IMG/VR virus record: IMGVR_UViG_3300030061_003724
Location: 17,319 to 81,318 of that record
Length of the DNA stretch: 64,000 nt
Source of the DNA: a virus
Direction: 5' to 3' (one strand)
Position numbers and translations under genes: made by a program. This document shows, in pieces, positions 59,462 to 64,000 of this stretch (the first letter of the stretch is position 1; the number at the start of each line of letters is the position of its first letter). Under the pieces are notes generated by a model, which saw only the letters and a program-made list of their open reading frames with translations, had not been told where the DNA came from and did not search any database.

Positions 59462-59478
59462 TTTGTATATAGTTATTG

Positions 59479-59488
59479 TTATAAATAT
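59479..59488 (-). promoter_or_regulatory. Class-2 promoter candidate ATATTTATAA
   Basis: Recurrent intergenic 10-mer upstream of the portal gene. Confidence 0.6.
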
Positions 59489-59491
59489 TAA

Positions 59492-61066
59492 TTATAAGAG
59501 CCAATTAATGTTTTCTTTACCATGTTCTGTGTCAATGTTATAAGGATTACGTACTTGTTGTTTTCCTCCATAACTTCCTTGATATGGTGTTCTATTAACT
59601 GACATATTATTTAACGAATTTTTCGTTATTTCTATTCCTCTTTGTCTAAATTTTAATGCTGTGTCTCTAATGTACATAGCTATCCCAAAAGCCATTACTA
59701 AATCATCATTATAACCTGATTGTGCTTCTGGTCTACCGTTTCTCCAAATAAAAGTTTTCATTTCTTCTATTAATCTTTTAGATTGAAATGTAACACCTTT
59801 ATCGCTTAAATATTCTTGAAATTTACCTACAACCATAGGTCTAGTTCTTGATGACATTGTAAACCCAGGAACCATTTTAGATGTATCTTGATATTTATCA
59901 AAATATGAATTTACATTGTTGGATTCTGTTTTTTGAGAATAATATAAATTTGTATATTGTCTATCAATACAAACCTGAATTGTAGCCCATCCTATATTTG
60001 CATTTTCTACTACTAATAATGCTTCATTATATTCTGTAGCTAAACCTACTAATAAATGACCATATTCTTTAGTACCTATTTGTCCTTTATATTCAGCTAC
60101 TTGTACATTGTTTGCAACATCAATTACATGACATGCAGAATAATCTTTACCATCACCTCTAGATACATCAGCTACTACCATATAATCTCTAGTATAATCA
60201 GGTGATTCCCAAACCCATAAATTTTGATCTGCTCCTCTTCTTTCCAATGGATCTTTTATATATGTTTTTTCATAATATTCAATATACTCAGGATAGAATA
60301 CAATGTCACCGGATGTTGAAAAATCACAATCACATTCCTGAGCTGCCATTCTAGGATCACCTAATAATTCATCTTGTCTTTTTCTCCATGCCTCATCTCT
60401 ATCAGGGTGTACAAACCAAGGTAATTTAATAGGTAAAAATTCATTTTCACCTCCTTCGGCTCTAGTCCATGTTTGATGGAACCAATTACCAGTACCATAA
60501 GGTGTACTTAATGCTATACAACCACCTCCAGTTGCTAGTGTTTGTTGAGCTGAAGCCCAAATCTCTCCAATATTATCAATAAAAGCAGCCTCATCAATTA
60601 GTAGTAAAGATACTGCTTCTGATCTACCAGCATCACTACTTGCGGATGTTGCTTTAATTTGGGACCCATTTGAAAGTCGTAAATTTAATTTGTTGTTTTC
60701 AGCTGCATCAATTTTAAGCCATGAAGGTAAATTTTCATACATGAATTTTACCTTTGTAACCATGTTTTTAGCTGTTTCTTGCTTTGTAGCAATACATAAA
60801 ATATTTTTATCTTTATGGAAAGTCATTAACCATAAAGAATAACCAGCACCTAATGTTGATATACCTAACTGTCTAGATTTTAGTACTATACTATAAGGAT
60901 TATCTCTAAATAATTTTAATACTTTTTGTTGGAATGGATATAAATTAAACTGGATACGTCCTCTTTGTGGGTGCTGAATATAGCAGTATTTTTTCATAAA
61001 ATGTACAGGATCTTTTGCACATTTTAGATATTCTTGTCTTATTACTTTCTTTAAATCTCCAGCCAT
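59492..61066 (-). CDS. Terminase large subunit (gp17-like)
   Basis: LYPFQ, KSRQLGIST Walker A, LIDEAAF Walker B, STPYG, ADVSRG, DDLVMA. Confidence 0.96.
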   Translation of the reverse strand: MAGDLKKVIRQEYLKCAKDPVHFMKKYCYIQHPQRGRIQFNLYPFQQKVLKLFRDNPYSIVLKSRQLGISTLGAGYSLWLMTFHKDKNILCIATKQETAKNMVTKVKFMYENLPSWLKIDAAENNKLNLRLSNGSQIKATSASSDAGRSEAVSLLLIDEAAFIDNIGEIWASAQQTLATGGGCIALSTPYGTGNWFHQTWTRAEGGENEFLPIKLPWFVHPDRDEAWRKRQDELLGDPRMAAQECDCDFSTSGDIVFYPEYIEYYEKTYIKDPLERRGADQNLWVWESPDYTRDYMVVADVSRGDGKDYSACHVIDVANNVQVAEYKGQIGTKEYGHLLVGLATEYNEALLVVENANIGWATIQVCIDRQYTNLYYSQKTESNNVNSYFDKYQDTSKMVPGFTMSSRTRPMVVGKFQEYLSDKGVTFQSKRLIEEMKTFIWRNGRPEAQSGYNDDLVMAFGIAMYIRDTALKFRQRGIEITKNSLNNMSVNRTPYQGSYGGKQQVRNPYNIDTEHGKENINWLL

Positions 61067-61067
61067 A

Positions 61068-61472
61068 TTATTTTGCTAGTATTAAAATACCCGCGGCAAC
61101 TAAAATTCCAGCTCCGGTTGTTAATTTAGTCTTTACTTTTTGTTTTTTTAAGTCTGCCTGTAATCTATCTGATAATTGTTTAGATAATGATAATTGGTCT
61201 GTTTGGGTATTCATTATACTCTCAAAATTTGTAACCCTTTCATTTAAATTTAATATAACACTATCCTTAAAAACTATCTTAGTTTCTAATAATTTAATTT
61301 TTTGTTCTACTAATGATAGTTCTTCTTTAGCCCCATCACCAGTTATTAAGTCTTTAATTACTAGACGAGCTATCGGTTTTTGCAATTGAATCGAGGTACT
61401 GTCTGTAGCGCTCTGTGAAAAACTGCTCAAGCTCATTGTCATTAAAATTATCAACAGAATTAACTTTTTCAT
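61068..61472 (-). CDS. Secreted coiled-coil protein with a C-terminal hydrophobic tail (spanin-like partner)
   Basis: Signal peptide SFS-Q, heptads, terminal GAGILVAAGILIL; overlaps the upstream gene by 119 nt. Confidence 0.55.
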   Translation of the reverse strand: MKKLILLIILMTMSLSSFSQSATDSTSIQLQKPIARLVIKDLITGDGAKEELSLVEQKIKLLETKIVFKDSVILNLNERVTNFESIMNTQTDQLSLSKQLSDRLQADLKKQKVKTKLTTGAGILVAAGILILAK

Positions 61473-61737
61473 TTACTTTAACTTTTAATGTGACAATCTT
61501 TTTATCTTGTGTTATAATTTCTTTGTCTAATTTAACAATCTCTTGATTTAAAGTATCTATTTTAAATACTAAATCATCATTTATGCTATGTAGAGAATCA
61601 ACTTTAGCTTCTAAAGCTTCAATTTTAATGTTGTAATCCTCAACATACTTTTCATTCCCTAAAAATACAAAATAAATTAGGGTACCTAGTAAAAGAACAA
61701 TTATGCTATAGGAGATTATCCTTTCTTTAGACGACAT
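61354..61737 (-). CDS. N-terminal TM coiled-coil protein (i-spanin-like)
   Basis: Single N-terminal TM followed by a long coiled coil. Confidence 0.55.
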   Translation of the reverse strand: MSSKERIISYSIIVLLLGTLIYFVFLGNEKYVEDYNIKIEALEAKVDSLHSINDDLVFKIDTLNQEIVKLDKEIITQDKKIVTLKVKVNEKVNSVDNFNDNELEQFFTERYRQYLDSIAKTDSSSSN

Positions 61738-62122
61738 CTTTTTCTAATTTAGCAACTAAAGCTTCTTTATCTCTTTTGTCTTTAGTTTTAACTTTTAATT
61801 GAGCTAGTATAGTTTCTTTATCAGCACCTTTTGCTTTACTATAGTCTCTAGCTAAAGTTCTCATTTCTGCTTCCAAATCTTTTAAATCTTGAACTGCTAA
61901 ATCTAATTTTTTAAATTTACCTCTAGCTGCTTTAGCACCTTTAACTGCATCCTTATCATCTTCATCACTATCAACTTCTTCAATTCCAAGTTCTTTAGAT
62001 TTATCGGCAATACGATCTATCGTAGCTTCAATATCATCAAGTTCATCTTTAGATGGCACTTCTTCACTGAGGGTTTCGATAATATTTTCTCTTATAAATG
62101 ATTTTAATTCAGACTTTTTCAT
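61727..62122 (-). CDS. Hypothetical late protein
   Basis: MKKSELKSFIRE..E leader; class-2 motif at 62139-62148. Confidence 0.65.
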   Translation of the reverse strand: MKKSELKSFIRENIIETLSEEVPSKDELDDIEATIDRIADKSKELGIEEVDSDEDDKDAVKGAKAARGKFKKLDLAVQDLKDLEAEMRTLARDYSKAKGADKETILAQLKVKTKDKRDKEALVAKLEKDVV

Positions 62123-62149
62123 TATATAATATTTTTTATTATAAATATA

Positions 62150-62680
62150 TTAAAATTCTATAACATTCAACATCTGTTCGATTCGTTCCTCTGTACTACC
62201 TTTTATTGTTTCAATATTGTCAACCATATGACCATATTTTCTAATTAAACTTACAATAGAAAAATCAATTATATCTCTATAATGCTCATCTGTTTCTCTT
62301 ACCCCATTGTCTTCAATAGGAATGCCGTCAGGAGAAATATAAAAAATATAATCATACTCTCTAATAAATTCCTTTGCATAACTTTCAAAAATTTCTTTAT
62401 CATAATGCCCGATTGATTTTGCATTCATAGTAAACGCCATAACATCAAATATTGTTCTATCTGTAATGATATCTTCATTCATTAACTCAGCACATCTTTC
62501 TGCTAGAAATACTGTTTGTCCTTTTAATGTTGAATCTGTATTTAATGGAATACCTAAATCATTTAAATATTTACTACGTTCTGTAGCAAATTTATAATTT
62601 TTAAATTCAGGTAATTCTTGTAACGCTTTTACTAATGTAGTTTTACCTACACTCATTGTACCACATAAACCTATTTTCAT
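62150..62680 (-). CDS. P-loop nucleoside/nucleotide kinase-like protein (NadR/AAA_28-like)
   Basis: GTMSVGKTT, TDRT..D, YDYIFY, EDNGVR. Confidence 0.75.
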   Translation of the reverse strand: MKIGLCGTMSVGKTTLVKALQELPEFKNYKFATERSKYLNDLGIPLNTDSTLKGQTVFLAERCAELMNEDIITDRTIFDVMAFTMNAKSIGHYDKEIFESYAKEFIREYDYIFYISPDGIPIEDNGVRETDEHYRDIIDFSIVSLIRKYGHMVDNIETIKGSTEERIEQMLNVIEF

Positions 62681-62681
62681 A

Positions 62682-63104
62682 TTATTTATTTAATAACCAA
62701 CTACTTGATTGTATTTTATCACCTAATCCATCTATCAATGTAATGCCTAATTCATTACAAATCACGCTTTCTGGAATACTTTCATTATTTTGATCTCCTC
62801 CATTAGCAAAGAATAAATCATATTCATCATTAAATTGATAGTGTATTGATTTTAATGATTCCACAACCGTCCTATCTTTATCTAAAGACAATATACATCT
62901 ATCTACTACTGTTAATTCAGTAACTATTAAACATCTTTCATCTTCATTTTGAAATTCTTTAGAACCTTTTAATTCCCTTTGTTTATCATTATTAACTAAA
63001 ACCCAAAGTTCTCCTCCTAATGATTTAGCATTATGAAAGTATTCTATATGTCCTTTATGTAAAGGATTAAAATAACCACTTACTATAACTGCTTTTTTCT
63101 TCAT
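62682..63104 (-). CDS. Cytidylyltransferase-family nucleotidyltransferase
   Basis: SGYFNPLHKGH (HxGH), FANGGD, terminal SSS. Confidence 0.85.
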   Translation of the reverse strand: MKKKAVIVSGYFNPLHKGHIEYFHNAKSLGGELWVLVNNDKQRELKGSKEFQNEDERCLIVTELTVVDRCILSLDKDRTVVESLKSIHYQFNDEYDLFFANGGDQNNESIPESVICNELGITLIDGLGDKIQSSSWLLNK

Positions 63105-63367
63105 TAATTTCTATGGTTTTGTCCTTTAGGTGCTGGTTGTTTATACCAAGGAAGCCCCGTTTGATTTCTAATTGCTTCTTTATGAGCATCTTTAGTATAT
63201 TGGATACCATAAAGATAATATTCTGCTTTTTTCTCATTACCTTCTGGAATTAAAGCAGGACCATCCCAGTTATGTAATTTATTATCCCAAATATAAGCTA
63301 TTGTACCATCAGCTTTTTTTAGTCTTTGGCTTTTAGGCCATTCATCATATTTATTTTCCATATTCAT
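63104..63367 (-). CDS. Hypothetical protein
   Basis: LHNWDGPALI...YYLYG repeat-unit-like motif. Confidence 0.65.
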   Translation of the reverse strand: MNMENKYDEWPKSQRLKKADGTIAYIWDNKLHNWDGPALIPEGNEKKAEYYLYGIQYTKDAHKEAIRNQTGLPWYKQPAPKGQNHRN

Positions 63368-63396
63368 AATATACGTAATTTATTTTAGTTTTCCAA
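63368..63396 (-). promoter_or_regulatory. Class-1 promoter candidate
   Basis: Perfect TTGG-N17-CGTATATT. Confidence 0.7.
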
Positions 63397-64000
63397 GATT
63401 TTTTCAGCAACAAGTGTACCATGGGCCCCTGATACCGAAATCCCTCTTGCTGACAACGCATCACCAACAAAGTGCACATCAGGGAATTTAGTTAAGGATA
63501 GATCTGAATAATTAACTAATGGTTCAGGAGCTAGGTATTTTACCTCAGGTACATAGATTCCCCAATCGTCTTTCAACGTAGGAAATACTAATTTCATATC
63601 ATTGATAAAATCATCAATATATTTAAAATATCCTTGAAATGCATCTTTAACTACATCTAAATTTTCTATTTTAGTAGCTGATACATCTACTCCTTCTGAT
63701 GTGATTGAGGGTTCTCTACTAGGACTGTAGAATAAACCTGTACTATTTTCTTGAACTTTACCTACTAATTCTCTAGCCCATTTAAATGGTTTATCAATAC
63801 CTCTAATTTCCATCAAAATACCAAAGTTGGTCATATCATTTCTAAATGACTCATCTTTTTTAGCGTGACCATTATAACTGTGATCACCATAAGTTTCTTC
63901 TACTGCTACATATGCAGCATTATTATTTGTACAGAATGATCTTAAACTAACATTATCCATCTTTCTATACAACTTAAAATCATAAGCAATATCAATTAAT
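63385..64000 (-). CDS. FAD-dependent oxidoreductase, C-terminal part (truncated by the window edge)
   Basis: RSFC.N, NGH, TNFG, PEVKY, FVGD...RGI..SG..G flavin-binding C-terminal motif. Confidence 0.75.
   Translation of the reverse strand, partial: LIDIAYDFKLYRKMDNVSLRSFCTNNNAAYVAVEETYGDHSYNGHAKKDESFRNDMTNFGILMEIRGIDKPFKWARELVGKVQENSTGLFYSPSREPSITSEGVDVSATKIENLDVVKDAFQGYFKYIDDFINDMKLVFPTLKDDWGIYVPEVKYLAPEPLVNYSDLSLTKFPDVHFVGDALSARGISVSGAHGTLVAEKILEN

Overview
AT-rich 64-kb segment of a large T4-related (probably 'far-T4'-type) myovirus. Every credible gene is on the minus strand. The host is inferred to be Bacteroidota/Flavobacteriia from A-rich leaders without Shine-Dalgarno sequences, TTGG-N17-CGTATATT promoters and a Bacteroidota-style lipoprotein signal. 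In transcription order (right to left): (1) metabolic genes; (2) a morphogenesis block: terminase, portal, protease, scaffold, capsid, neck, sheath, tube, chaperones, tape measure, baseplate; (3) replication genes: a divergent PolA-like gene, SSB, RecA/UvsX, 5'-3' exonuclease, helicase, nrdB, nrdA; (4) an unexplained envelope-protein cluster; (5) a 7-deazaguanine DNA-modification cluster (dpdA-like, queC, queD, queE, folE, plus a PRTase and a MazG-like gene) interrupted by two tRNAs and a tRNA-like RNA; (6) a split family-B polymerase, a radical SAM enzyme, clamp and clamp loader, and Hsp20/GroES/GroEL. Most notable: a GH7-cellulase-like lipoprotein between nrdB and nrdA, a 142-nt tRNA-like RNA with a ~70-nt structured insert in the anticodon loop, the beta-barrel/envelope cluster, a minimal CorA channel, the intein-free split PolB with an internal promoter, and a late-promoter candidate that is the reverse complement of the T4 late promoter. 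All calls come from motif recognition by eye; no database searches were run.
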